Below the pieces are notes generated by a model. That model ran no database searches, had not been told where the DNA came from, and saw nothing but the letters and a program-made list of their open reading frames with translations. DNA of 64,000 nt from Eledone cirrhosa (lineage: Eukaryota). The stretch lies in assembly GCA_964016885.1 (NCBI GenBank), contig OZ024743.1, forward strand, positions 348,192,001 through 348,256,000, in the 5' to 3' direction. This document shows positions 27,429 through 45,007 of the stretch, in pieces. How positions within the stretch are numbered: position 1 is the first letter of the stretch; the number at the start of each line of letters is the position of its first letter. Position numbers and translations under genes: made by a program.

Positions 27429-27537
27429 ACGGGGGGGGGGGTTATTTATGTGTAAAAATTAAACAGAGATAACAAAGCAAATACTTAGTACAGTGACTAA
27501 ATATCTGAGTTTAATGCTTGAAATAATTGGAAAAGAA

Positions 27538-27576
27538 TGTTAACGTTTCAGTCACTAGTCCTTCTTCAGAAGATAG
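27538..27576 (-). ncRNA. Minimal hammerhead-like motif, degenerate
   Basis: Minus strand CTGAAGA-AGGACTAGTGACT-GAAA-CGTTA with palindromic AACGTT; stem I is poor. Confidence 0.4.
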
Positions 27577-27664
27577 AAAAAGAAATAAAACATAGAAAGA
27601 TAAAGAGTCAAAAGGGGAAAGAATGGGAAACAATAAGATAAAATCACATTTGGGTATTCAGACA

Positions 27665-27742
<78 letters not shown>

Positions 27743-27755
27743 TATATAGAGATAT

Positions 27756-27838
<83 letters not shown>

Positions 27839-29136
27839 TCTCTGTGTGTGTGTTTGTGTTTGTGCGTGTTTGTGTATGCAGATTTAAAGCAGATTTTAGA
27901 TACAAAAGAATGAATGAAATTGAAAATGAAAGAATAGAGAAATTCTGTGAAACTTTTATTAATGTTTTATATCTTAGATTTTCATTTTCGTGGGGGCTGT
28001 TTTGTTGTCTTATTTATTCAGTATGCAACAAACGGAAAGCGAAATCAAATTGCAGGAATGAGAATAAAGTGAACATTTATGTCAACATGGAATCATGTGT
28101 TTTGCGAGAAGGTAGATGTAGCTTGTTAGTAAGGGCGGCTAGGAGTTACAATAATTAGCAAAAAAGACAATGCGACTGATATAGGAAATAAACAATACAC
28201 CTATTAAAAAAAAATAAAAATATACAAACTAAAATATAGAAAAAAATGAAAGTTAGCAATTCCGGCGACAATGGAAATAAAGAAATTTTCGTTAAAAAAA
28301 ATTGAAAAATATTCTTTAGAAAAAAACCGTAAAATTTAAGTGAAGTAAAGTTGCAAAAGTAGTAAAAATAAAAACACAAAACAAACCCATAGGCATAAAT
28401 AAAAAGTAGAGTCGATGGCTATCTGATTAATTCGAAACATGGACGGTGGATTCAATAGAACTGAGGACTATGTGTAGGGTAGGTGTAGGTTTGTAAGAAG
28501 AATTCAAGAAGAAAAGATCTGTTTATATGTGAAATAGATAAATTATGTGAGCTGTGTTAGTTTCGATACGTTTGTTGTTGTAGTTGCTATTGTTTTCTAC
28601 TGTTGTTATTTTTTGTGTATGTTTTTTTTTTTCTTTTTTTTTTTTCATGGTTTTTGTTCCCGATATTATTGTCGGAGAATTCTCTGATGACGATGCTCGA
28701 CTTAATGATGATGATATTGCTGTTGTTGTTGCTGATAAGATGGCTGTCGATAATATTGTTGTTTACATTCAGTTTTCTTCTTGATATAATTTCTTGTAGA
28801 GTTTGTTGTTTTATTAATGTTTTTTATTTATGTGGTGGTTTTTGTTTTAAAAGTTGATGATGTATTTAATGAAGACGTTGATCGTTTCGTCGTTGATCAC
28901 GTTTTACTTATTAGCGATATGAGAAATAATGATGATGGTGGTAGTATAGCATAGAATGTTGTTGGTTGTAATGACGCTGATAGTGTGATATAATGATATA
29001 ATGATGGTGGTGGTGGGGTTCTTGAAGTGACGATTGTGTTAATGGAAGTTGGGGAGATTAACGAATAGCTAAGGAGACATTCCACATTATTATGTGCGAT
29101 TATATACATACGCACAGACACAAATACACACAAGCG

Positions 29137-29278
<142 letters not shown>

Positions 29279-29288
29279 TGTGTGTATG

Positions 29289-29319
<31 letters not shown>

Positions 29320-31103
29320 ATATGTATATATATGAATATATATATATATATATATATGCATACATACATATATTCAAGCATATACATAATCTTTACACGC
29401 ATATATAAATGCATACATTCACGCATCCATATATACATACATACCGACCTACATACATAGCATTTATTCCATTTGAGCTGACAGCTGAATTACTAAAGAT
29501 ATGTCCTTTCATCGTGTGAATCTCCAGATTAATGAGAAAAGAAGACACAAACTCCCACCATATACATGTTCGGAGAAATATATTGGTATATGTTTTAAAA
29601 CGTATAAGACTGAACTATATGAAAAAGTCTACAGAGTCTTATGAAATGTTAAAGAAATTAATATTTGTAATAAATCTTGGTACCTATTATACCTTTTATA
29701 CGCAGAAAATTAATATTAATGCTACTATTTTTATGATAAATAACCATAGTGCTCCAATAAGACAGTGATAAAATAATTATTACTTTACTTGTACCACTCG
29801 CCATTGAGAACTCTCGTATCCCCAGTTTTCGGTTTACCATTTTCTCCTACGTATTTTAGGCTGCGATTCTATCACAGTTACATTTGGTTTCGTATCTGCG
29901 TAAGAGCGTTATATATATATTTTCAGGATGTTTGTCTATCTTAAGTAATGTTTACTTTCTATGAGATACTGACGTATGGAAGTTAGTATCTTTACAGAAT
30001 TTTTTTGTAAATAATCTGTTTTCGCTGATAGCTTATTTGTTGCAGCGTTAGCTCGACGGGTAAATAATAATATTCATAATAGGGCGTAGTACAGAATATA
30101 GGCGTACATTGAAAAATATAAAATATGTTTATGTATAAAAAATATACCACATAGTCTCGATTTAAGAATGTTAAGCTGTGATAATACTGTAGCGACATCA
30201 GTATGTGTATAAGAGTGTTGCACAGGCATTTCATGATGTTCTTTTATTCATCTTCAATAAGGCTTAGGTAATACAGTATGGTAACAATATTATCTGGACA
30301 AATTAGGAGGAAGAGAGATAATGATGTTGAAAGGTGAAATATAAGACTAGATGCTGTCTTGGGCTTAGAAGGAATAACATGCGGTATTCGTTCTGGCTCT
30401 TTAAGTTGAAATCACGTTGAGGTCAAATTTTCTTTCCTTCCTGTCGGGAACGGTAAAAGAAGAACCAGTCAAGTACTGGTGTAGATTTAATCAACGTTCC
30501 TTAAAAGAAATTGCTGGCATTTTGCCTAAATTGGAATCGATTACTATTTTAATATAGGGCATGTGTCTCCTTACTTTCTCTCTATGAAATTGTGTATGTT
30601 TTTGTATATACGCATGTGTGTGTGAGAGGGAAAGAGAATGAGAGAAAGAAACAGTGTGAGAGGTGAGAAGAAGGGAAAGTCAGGGAAAAGATAATTTACT
30701 TTTCCTCTTGGCTGGACAATCGTAAAAGGTCCGCGCTGATTTCATACGCATTTCAAACATGCTGGTCACATTTAAGTAAACATGAAATTGCACGTTAACT
30801 GTCACACACGCACTACAGCTGTTCAATTTCATATTCTTCAAAATACTTGAAATTAGAACCACGTCTAACAGTCTAAGGAAACACTTGACTAGTCAACCTA
30901 GAAAATTGACAAGCTTGATTTCGAAGCTTCCCAACACGAAAATCACCATCTCTTTTGTTTTAAACCACATTTTAAATCTACATACACACAAACACACAAC
31001 CACACACATTCATACGTACTTATATACATAGAGTTATACTACAGTTACACATATATCATGTCCATATCCATGTATATATATATACTGTATATATGTGTGT
31101 GTG

Positions 31104-31187
<84 letters not shown>

Positions 31188-31230
31188 TATATACCCTCAC
31201 ACATATACATACACATATATATATATATTC

Positions 31231-31462
31231 ATTAGTTAAGCAAAACAAGACCACAAATTTCACAAGGAAGACATTATTAAAAGATTGTCAACATATTTTA
31301 GTTTGATGTAAGGAAGGTAGAGAATAATAATAATATTAATAATATTAATAATAATATTATTATTATTATTCTCTACATTCCTTACATCAAACTAAAATAT
31401 GTTGACAATCTTTTAATAATGTCTTCCTTGTGAAATTTGTGGTCTTGTTTTGCTTAACTAAT
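31231..31462. repeat. Near-perfect inverted repeat (~104-bp arms) centred on (AAT)n/(ATT)n
   Basis: 31231-31334 is the reverse complement of 31359-31462, with one visible mismatch. Confidence 0.95.
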
Positions 31463-31643
31463 TCATATTTCCAGCTCTGCGCACCTAACTTCTGCATGAA
31501 CCTAGCCACCTAGCTGCTATCTACTGCATATTGCACATTGAGCACATGCCTTTACACTTTGGCTTCTAACTAATTCACCAATCTGTCCTCTCATACCTCC
31601 TCTCCTATCTCCATCTCTCTCTTTAAGATTGGTTACTCTTGAA

Positions 31644-31692
<49 letters not shown>

Positions 31693-31707
31693 TGTGTGTG
31701 TGTGTAC

Positions 31708-31772
<65 letters not shown>

Positions 31773-34591
31773 TATATATAGATATATATAAAGGCGGTGC
31801 CCCAGTATGGCCTCAGCCGGATGGCTGGAACAGGTAAAAAAAATAAAATAGTGATATATATATATATAGAATGATTATACAACTGTTAATGAGGTGGTAA
31901 CTTACTGGATAGTTAACGCAACATGTATAATTGAATGCTCTGAGATTATATTCCAGGTCTCAATCCATGGGTATTTTTTGAAGTTCAAATAATTCAAGGA
32001 GGACGAATAAGTAATATGTTTGGAAAAACATACAGAGCAATACTATTTTAGACGTTTCATTATTGAGTTACACATATCCTAACATATCAATACTTACTGC
32101 AATATCTGTTTCTACACCTTTCTTGACTTATATATATATATATATATATATATGCCGCTCATTTCGAATATTGTTTATCGTGAACTCGTGCGCCGATTTT
32201 TCGATACGCGATCTTTCTAATATATATATATATATACATATTGATAGTGTTACTGACGGTGTTTTACCTTCAATGAAGCTCAAACCTGATCTAGCAATAA
32301 CAAGAGGCTATCCCCCCGGAGCCAATTCGCTTGAAGAAATAGCTCATAATATTTTTTTTAATGGAAAACGATATATGACAATGCGATTGTAGAAATATTG
32401 TGTCTGAAATAGTAGATTTTATATACATCGAAGGGTTTGGAGGCATACATCCTCTACACGTTTTAAGTCTTCTTTTAAGGCAGTGATCTGTGACACAGGT
32501 GACGAGAGCAGATCTTTTGACTATATGAAATGTCTCTCATCACACAAGATATTTTATTTTGCTTAACTAAAAATGGTTTTAAGATGGAAAGGTTTTCTGA
32601 CCCCTGTTCTAAGATAGAACAAAAAGAAAAATAGAAAAGCCAAACTAAAGTATAAAATAATACATTTCCCCTTGCTTCTACTCTAATAGCCCAACATTTA
32701 CCAACATCACATCATCTGTTATCTCCACCTATCGCCACACAGTTCATCAACCAAGCTTCAACTTAAACCGAGTCTATTGTCTAATGATTTAACTGCTTCC
32801 TATAAACAGATATTAGGTAAGTTGGAATGGAATGAACGATGGCTGGTCATCAGATTAAAAATGTCAAAATCGCATATGCAAAAACATACATCAAATTATA
32901 CAAAGATTTGTTATCAAGATTGTCAAGCGTGGAACACCAATAATATATAATTTAAGTTATGTTTCTAGTGCAACAGGCTCAACTAATACGTACGGTCGTC
33001 ATTCAACTCGGAAATGTGACCTAAACACGTTTAGTTAATGCAGTCAGAAAACATATGTATGAGGGAAACACACTGAAGTCAGTTTCAAAGTTGAAGTAAA
33101 TATATGTATCAAACCTGTTAAATTCACTTCGCATTTATCATGTATTTGTTGGTGCAACGATTTTCGTCGCACTGCTTGCAACCTGCTCCCTAACACAGTG
33201 CACTACATTTCAGTTCCGACTAAGATGTTGACCACAAGAGGTAGATGAAGTTGATGATGATGAGGTGGAGGAGGAGGTAGAAGGAGAAGGAGGCTGGGGA
33301 GGATAATAGGGGTGTGTATGAAGGTGGTGATTGTAGTGATATTCGTGACGATAATGTCAACGAGATAATGATGATTCGGATGATGATGAAGAATTCGATG
33401 AGGAAGACGATGATTACCGCTTCGACGATAGTTACAACGTGGACAACGTCGGTGATGATGGTGGTGGCGAGGAGGAGAAGGGAGGCGAACAAGACGTTGG
33501 CATTGATGATGTTGATGATGAGGCCTGGGAAGAGAAGCCGGAGGAAACTAATGACCAACTTGACCTCAACTTCATGTCGGTGTTTTCAGCTTCTAAATCT
33601 TCACACATATATGTGATAAATGTCTTCGGACGTCTGTATACATAGGTTATGTCCACTAAATAAACACAGATTTATACAAACACACACACACACAATATAT
33701 ATATATATACATATCTATATATGTATATTTATACATACATACATACATACATACATACATGCATACATACATACATACATACATACATACACATACACAC
33801 ACATACAGACAGTATATGTTTACATGCATACATAAGCATGTATATATGTATACTTATATATACATGTATACATACATACATTCACACACGCACACGTACA
33901 TAAATATATATGTGTGTGTGTGTATGTATGTATGTATGTATGTAGGTATGTATGTATGTATGTATGTATGTATGTTTGTTTGTTTCAGTGATTAATTAAC
34001 CGCGGTGTTTGCCAAGCGGTCGGACTAATCTTAGTCAGCTGTAGAGTTAAAGATAAAATGAAAGTGATAGGGGTGTTGCTGGGAGGTTTTAGGGAATGGG
34101 TTTGATGGGTTGAGACAGGGGGTAATGTGTAAGGAAGCAATGCTATATCAAACAATCACGTCCGGTGGAGCCGACTAAAGTCCAGAGAATATTACCGCCA
34201 TTTATATTGAGTTTGACCGTCTTAGGTCACAGAATAGACCAGAGGGTGATGATGATGGCTGGCTCTACTTTGCCTGATGGTGATACTAGTGACGATAAGG
34301 GGATTGAAGATGAGAATATACATAAATGTGTGCACATATATATAAATGTGTGTCTACTTGAAATGTCGTTTACTCAACACCTTACAGGGACCTTTGTCCA
34401 TTATTTTCACCTCCTGGTGTACTTTACTCGATATTCTCAAATACTCTTATTGAGATTTACAATTGTGATATGCATATACGTGGAGACATCTACATTTCAA
34501 ATATCATATTCTCCTAGTGCCCAAATGAACCTGAATTAAATATATTTTCGCATCCCAGCTACTGGGAGTGAAGCCAACCGGTTAATGTATG

Positions 34592-36653
<2,062 letters not shown>

Positions 36654-38212
36654 ACATATTTTCTTAAGGTTGTTCAGAAGAATTTCATGCCTTTCGATGA
36701 AAGCCGAATTAGGTGTGAAAAGCGTGGAGGATCACGACGCATTTCAACCTGTGGTACATGGACGGCTTCAGATGGCAACAGGCCACCTAACCCTTTAGAA
36801 GCGATGGCCTTGGTCATCGGTCTACTATTATCGGTAACTTCTTGCCGTCTTCTCAACAACAAGGTTCTTCACAACACAATGAAACCCACTGCGATCGAGG
36901 AACACAGTGCCACCTGCAAGACATGTAATGGGCTTGGACTCCGTCCTGTAAACTTCGCTCCCCCTCTTTACCCAGAGCGTATGAGATGCCATTCAGTGCG
37001 GCATAGCCTCGGACAGGCTAGTATGGCAACTCAACCAGCATCAGCTCACATGTTTTAGCTCGGCCTTACAACTCCACAGCTCAATGCTCAATGCCTTACC
37101 CAATTTTTCGACTGGGACGCAGCAATATTTCCCATTGGAGTTTATTGTTAGTTTTACAGCCAATTAGACTGGTCATATACCTTGCTAAGGAGCTTATTGT
37201 TTTTAAATGAATGTACAATTCTCTGGAAAAATGTGTAAAGTACTTACAATGATTTTAAAATAATTTTGCCATTTTTATATTTGCGCTGTGTTTACGCCTG
37301 TCTTTTTATCTCTGTCTCCTTAAAAATACAGTTTCTCTTCAGAAAAATATAATATAAAAACACTAATTCTAAAATAAACACTTATTCTAATATATAAATA
37401 CTAAAAAGACATGGCAATTATATATTGTCATATAAAATTCTCTACATACGTTTGCGTTTTGTATATTTAGTTTTAACTTTGCTATATATATATACACACA
37501 CATGTACATATAATTATCTGCGAAAGTCCATTTCAATGGACGATGATCCTGTAGTTCTATATGTTTCGTTTGGATTTTTATTTTCAAAAAATATGTTTCC
37601 AAGGTTTTTTCTTAAACAATTGTTTTTCGTTTTGATTTGTTTTCGTTTGTTTTCTTGTCCTTTCTTTGTTGATTTTCTTAAGTTTATCATTACTAACAAG
37701 TGACGAACGTGTTTTCTCTTCTCCCCACACCGATTAATTACAATGGCTCATTCATTTAACATAACTCACTTTCTTCTTCTTCTTCTTCTTCTTCTTCCAT
37801 ATATATATAAGCTTCTTTTAGGTTTAAACAATATATATACAATATATATCGATAATGCTTATCGATAATACTTCTGTTTAGACCATAAAAAATATCAGTA
37901 TAAACGATATATAACAAGATATATCAATTGAGAAACAAAGTAGTAAGCTGGACACATATATACAGAGAGATAACACATAATATATAAATTTAAATACGTA
38001 ATCTTGGGTGTCTATGAAAGTATAGTGAATCTTAAAACCTAGGAGCATGGAATTTCATTTACATTTTATTTTGTATATATATACCAAAAACCTTGTTTGT
38101 TTTTTCAATTGATATATCCTGTTGTATATATACATACATACAAACTTTCATTTTACATCCATACACAAAGACGCGCGCACTCACACGTCCCACAATTTAT
38201 ATACATACATAG

Positions 38213-38290
<78 letters not shown>

Positions 38291-38299
38291 CTATGTATG

Positions 38300-38372
<73 letters not shown>

Positions 38373-39197
38373 GTATATATATATATGTATATATATATAT
38401 ATGTATATATATATGTATATATATATGTGTATATATATATTCATATATATATATATATGAATATACATATTCTGCATTCAAGAAATCGTGTCCAACACAC
38501 ATGACATTTTGGGAACAAATAGTCATTATTATGTAATAAGACACCATAGATAAACACGTGAATACAAAAATGCATACATATATACATGCACAATCATACA
38601 AATATTCAGGGAAATATACAATATCACGTATTTAATGAACGTGATGTAGAAGGGCAGACATGCGCGCATAAAATCTCACAATAAAATATATACAAGGCAA
38701 AATCACATATCCACAAAAGAAGAGTATTCCATAAACACATCACTAACAGGGACGCACGAACATGTTCGCTATTTTTCTGTCCACATACAGGTAATTAGCT
38801 GTAATACAATCTCAAAAATAAAATATAAAATCACACAAGCCCGAACATATGAAGACGCTCGCGCACGCACACACATACTGAAATGCAGAAAATCACTCCC
38901 ACTTATACGTACTATTACACAAGCAAACGCACATAAAGTAGATATATCAAGCAATAAGTGAAATAAAAAGCCAAACGTGTTCGTATACGCATTCACTTAT
39001 ACACTCCCAAATAAATACAATCACACACACACACAAACACCCCTCCCAGACACACACATATACACACGCACACACATAGAAATATACACATACATATATA
39101 TATATAACACCACACGCGCGTTCTGAACATATCAACGAATTAGCAAGGTAAAATCTATTTCAACATTAATATTTTCCTGTTTTTTTCTGTTCGTGTT

Positions 39198-39260
39198 CTA
39201 ACTACCTGATGAGGTCATAGCTGTTGAATAATGGCTATCACTGAAATATATATAGCAGCG
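39198..39260 (+). ncRNA. Type-I hammerhead-like motif
   Basis: CTGATGA (39206); stem II GGT-C-ATAGCTGTT/AATGGCTAT-C-ACT; GAAA (39243); TATA-TA; short stem I CTA/TAG. Confidence 0.6.
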
Positions 39261-40896
39261 AATATAAATAAACGAAGCTAATTTTAACCGGTTGACTTAC
39301 ATTTCTTGTTTTTATATATACATCGTCATTAAACAAGTATCAGACTTATTCAAAAGAGTACCCGATACATGGGATCGTAGAATGTAACTATATTAGAAAG
39401 AAGCGGGCCACAGCGGGTGAGCTTTTGCCGTTTAGACAACTATATATATATATATATGCTCTGATTTGTTGACAAGTGGTAAAGAATATATTGGGGATCG
39501 ATGACGCAACCTCGAGCGATTAGCGAACTCTTGACACACCTGATCAACGAAACAATTCTCAGTACTTTAAATAAAGCGCTTATTGTACAGCCAACCATGT
39601 TACTCTTCTTTCTTTAACTTATATATATATATATTGAAAGGATAAGAAGGATTTGAACTCAGACCGATACTGCCGATCCACCAAATATCCGTTATTATAA
39701 CAAAGTTCGTCTCCAGCGATTGTCTTCATCCTAGCCCCTGGTCCACCCTAACTCTAACTTTATAGAATATCGGGCGATGGATTGTGTCTTTAATTTAAGA
39801 GGCCTGATTTATTGTGCCAGATTCATATGAGAATTACATTAAGGATACGTGTATCTTTGGAACAGTCAACCTTTTACAGGTTGATTCAAGATTCAGACCT
39901 TTACCTGATAGTACAACTGAATGTTCTTCTTCGAAACTGACGTGTAAACTATGATAATACCTGATCATAGACAGGGAAGTAAGTCAAAGAAATCTCCTGT
40001 GGAATTTGAAGTAAAAAACCTGAAGGAATGTAACTAAATATCGTAAATATCACATTTAATCGGTCAGTCAACCATTTTTGCTGCTTCAATTGGCTCTTAA
40101 AATCTTTGAATAGTAACATCAAACAAAGACAACACTTAGAGAAATAATAAAATATCACGTAAAATGTTATTAAGAAAAAATATAAAAGGTAAACAGAAAT
40201 ACAAAATGGAAAATTAACCGACTATCACCATGTCTCCAACAGATAAAATATCTAAACTTGCACCATGAAAATTTATTGAAAAGGAGTGGTTAAGAATTCA
40301 AGTGAAGGTAGTGTATGGGTACAGACAAAACAATTTCATTGATGTGCATGTTTGCAGGGAATAAAATATTAAAAGTAAACAACAAATATATATGTAAATA
40401 ATAAATATATAGAATATAACTAAATAAATGAAAGATTATATGTAATAAAAATAAAATAAAATTAATATAAAAAAATTCTCAAAATCTAACTTCGTCACGA
40501 TTGGGAAATACTTAAATTCTTTGAGGATTTGGTTATAAATCTTTTATCATTTTTTTACCACTAAAATATCAACGTCATTTTTGTGGATCTTCTTATTAAA
40601 GTTTTCAACAATTCTGAGACAATACTGTTTTGCCTTTCGTTCATGCATATTCTTTGTTGTTTAATATACTGTTGTTTTTTTTCCCTTTTTGTGTTTTTAA
40701 TTTAAGTTACATATTTATTTTACAGTTTTTTATCCTATATTTGTCTTTATATAAATTATTTGTTGTGATGTTTGTCTAATGAAAGAAAGGTAAAACGAAA
40801 AAAAATTGCCTAAAGAATATGCTACAAAACTGAAAATAGCATTTCCACAAAATTGGGAGAGAATTCATAATCGGAGAATTAAGCAACAGCGATAAG

Positions 40897-40949
<53 letters not shown>

Positions 40950-41093
40950 GATGATGATGATGATGATTATGCTGATGATGATGATGCCGATGATAATCAT
41001 CTTCACAACTTTATAATCACGATTTACACATATACATACATGTGTCCACATATGTATATGCACTATGTGTTTGGTTTGAAGTTGTTGGATGCA

Positions 41094-41182
<89 letters not shown>

Positions 41183-41252
41183 TATATACATATATATATA
41201 TATATACATATATACATATACATATATATATACATATATATATATATACACA

Positions 41253-41309
<57 letters not shown>

Positions 41310-41767
41310 CTTATTCCTTTTACTCACTCACTTTCGTGAACTGTATCTTTTTATTCAACTCTAAACATTTTCCTCTCTTAATTTATAGTATTTTATTCTA
41401 TTTTAATACTACTTATTTGGGTTGAGAACACGCTCCGTCCGATGTAATTCCGATCTACAGCACATACATCACTGTATGTAGCCTAGCAAACACGATTTTA
41501 TCCCTTGTAAAATGTTGGTGCACTTTTATATAGTGATACACAGAAGCATACTGATACACACACACGCATGAATACAAAGACACATACGGACACATGCACA
41601 AACTCAGATATACATTTATAGAGAGGGGGAGAGAATGATAAATATAAAGAGAGAGAGAGTGGTGGAAGGAGTGAGAGGGACAATGTTTGTACAAAACATG
41701 CAAATTCATACAGAGAATATATATATATATATATGTATATATATGTATGTATGTTTGCGTGTGTGTG

Positions 41768-41848
<81 letters not shown>

Positions 41849-42157
41849 TCATCATTTTCGTTTAACGTCCATCTTCAATGTTAGCATGGGTTAGACGGGT
41901 ATATATATACTTTGTCAGTCTTGGACAGAAGGGCAGCGGTGGTTGCCAAACACTGTACGGCGTAATACTGGCTGTTTGTTTGCAAACAAACCGAAGATTA
42001 TCATAAATGTTCGGTAAACCCATACGTACATGTATGTGTGAATGTATGTATATATATACATACTACTGTACATCTGTATACATATATGTATGTACGTATA
42101 CATACTTATATTTAAGTATCAGCCATATTAAGAGTGAGAAATGAAATTTCGTTTCAT

Positions 42158-42188
<31 letters not shown>

Positions 42189-42263
42189 CATCGGATAATG
42201 AGTGTTTATGTTTTTGTGAGTGAGGGAATACACACACACCCATATCTATTTCGCCCCCTACTT

Positions 42264-42392
<129 letters not shown>

Positions 42393-42425
42393 TATATATA
42401 TATATATATTAGAAAGTTAGTTTTC

Positions 42426-43530
42426 TTTTTACAAAATGAAAAATAACCGAGGTGTCCTACATGAGTGTAAGTTTAAGGAAAGCAGATGAAATCGAAAATG
42501 CAACTGGAGTGTTTTTGTTTTTTTAATATATATTTATTTGGTTCTTTTACCGGTTTCGCAGTTCTTCTGCTTTCAAAAGTAGAATTGAGATGGAGGTTTT
42601 TTTGGTTTTTCTCACATCTGGTTGGTCTTTGAATGTTACTTGTTTTATATGGAAAAAAGTGGCTCGAAATGCCAGATTTTTAGAGAAGTAATTTGGTTGG
42701 TTGGTGAATAATTATAATAAATTTTGCGCCATTTCGCTTTACAAATTTCTTCAAAAAGAGTGGAGATGTGTTCGAAATCTAGTTTTGAACGAGCCAAAAG
42801 TGGCCCCTATATAATGCTTAACGCTATTATGGCTAGTTACGGTGCACCTATCAATAAGATTATGTGTCAGGCAGCTTCCCCTGAGCGGGCAGCCTCCTCG
42901 ATCTCGACAGTTGTATTGTCGGTCGCGGTCGCCCCAACTGCTCGAAGTAAGGCTATTACTATTGCTACCTATGTTGTTATACATGCCTCCGCCTCTATCT
43001 CTGTAGTTAGTACTATTATATCCTACGGCGTGCGGGGTAGTACCATTAATACTCCGCACTCCACAGCGCCTTCTGTTGCCGCCCTTTGAGGGTGTAGGTA
43101 ATAGGCCATCGCTATTGTTAATCTTATAAGTAAGGAATAATTCTAGTAGGCTCAGCAGCTACCGTTACCTGTATCATGACCCTTATTATGCGGAAGGTCT
43201 TCTACACCACCACGTATGTAGTTAACGGTACGGCCGTGTTTCTTAGTGCGATTCTCTATATTATAGTTATTGACTCCGTCTGGGCCGCTGCGCATTCGGT
43301 TATAGGTATGGCTTACTATAAGATTAGTCCGATGATGGGGGTGGTTTCTAGAGTTAGCGTTAAGGAAGTAGGAGATTCTTCGGTTATATCCGGTATCTAC
43401 CAAGGCTTTATTGTAGTAGTCAGCCGCTTGGTTGAAGATGTCCTCGTAGGCGGAAAGCCTCGAGATCCTATGGGATATGCTATATACTATGAGGTTGAGA
43501 GTAGACTTAGGGTCGTTGGATGCATAATTG
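42426..43530 (-). mobile_element. 5'-truncated, degenerate Penelope-like (Naiad-type) element
   Basis: Thumb SNDPK....ISHRISRLS...F....YYNKAL..TGY; NCRDRGGCPLRGSCL...HYIGAT..SFKTRF..H..SF GIY-YIG. Degenerate hammerhead at 42541-42584 (stem II GCAG/CTGC, GAAA-CCGG-TA). Confidence 0.8.
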
Positions 43531-44755
43531 ATATATATATATGCATATATATAAGCAGAGAGGATATTCAATTTGTTGGTAATTTAACAAATATAAATGT
43601 CTATATTTGATTCAGAGCACTCGACAGATTTTCGGGAGTATAATATTCAATGATATTAAATAAATGGAAACTATATTTATAAAAGCATATTTATTCTATT
43701 ATATATAGTTTAAGGGTACCAAAACTTTAGTAAGCTTTCATCAGATAAAATGCAAAGTTTGTTTTACACATTGTGACGTAACCAAGAAAAGATACCTTAA
43801 CGGTTCAAATTTTTCTTGGATAGTGAAGGAAAAGAGAAGAAAAGTCAGATATTTCAAATTATTAAGATGAGTATGCATATGAGATGAGGTATAGGGTTGA
43901 AAAAAACGTTATTTTAGACGCTATGCAGAATTTAAATAATTACGATATATGTGTGTATGAGTAGGAAGAAAAAAAAGAAGAGCTTGTGTTAATTTAAAAG
44001 GAATTAACAATTTGCGGGAATGATGGAATTTGATTCCAGAATTTAAATTTATTTAGCTATATTATGAGTTATAATATTGTATATATCATCAATTAGATTA
44101 TATAAAGAATTATGGTTGTAGGTAGATTTTATCTTATTACATTACAATAAGTTGTAAGTATATAAATATCTATATAGATTAATAATTGTGCATGTATAAG
44201 TATTATAGAAATAGGAGTAATTTCCAATTATTAGTTTACATTTTTAAGATGAGTTACGAAGGAAGTTGATTTTGCATTTCACTTAAAACAAACACGTAGT
44301 TCAAGTTGTAAGAGAACAATTTGTAGATTCAAATATGTTGTTCCAACATTGAAAATGCTTTCAGAATATTTAGCGAAGTCATATAGTTTATCATACACAT
44401 ATTATAATATAATGTTTATGTTTACACGTTAAATTTGATGAATGATTTACTCAGAAAATATATAGAGAAAATTATATATTATTTTGTGTGAGATTAATTT
44501 CAACTATATATTATTTTAGTCGAAAGATGTGTGAACGTTTGAAGATCAAAAGAAGAGGAAAAAACTAATGTGCATTTCGAAGAACTATCGTAAAGAGGAT
44601 AAACTTTCAGAATGTCAATTAAAGATTATCAATCTACATCTAAAAAAAAATATATTTTGAGGTTTATCATTAAGAAAATAATGTCAAAAGGTAAAAATTG
44701 TAAAAACATATATCAAAAAATTGAAAAAGCAATGTCAAAATTGAAACAAACATTG

Positions 44756-44816
44756 TATTTTATCTGATGAAAGCGTACCAAAGTGTTGGTACCCTTGAAA
44801 TATATGTAATAGAATA
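44756..44816 (+). ncRNA. Type-I hammerhead ribozyme, apparently intact core
   Basis: Stem I TATTTTAT/ATAGAATA; CTGATGA at 44764; stem II AAG.GTACCAA/TTGGTAC.CTT; GAAA at 44797; short stem III; GUA cleavage triplet. Confidence 0.8.
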
Positions 44817-45007
44817 TATATGGTTTTATAAATATAGTTTCCTTTTATTTAATATCATTGAATATTATACTCCAGAAATCTGTCGAGTGCTCTGAATCAG
44901 TTATAAACATGTATATTTGTTGAATTACCAACAAATTGAATATCCATTTTGTTAATAAATAGCTCCTTTAATGTTGAGCAATTTAAACTATAACTGATTG
45001 CAAAATA

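Noticed and set aside
33220-33645. Acidic D/E-rich reading frame that looks like an exon
   Set aside because: Degenerate (GAT/GAG)n sequence with stops in the acidic frame and no clear splice or domain evidence.
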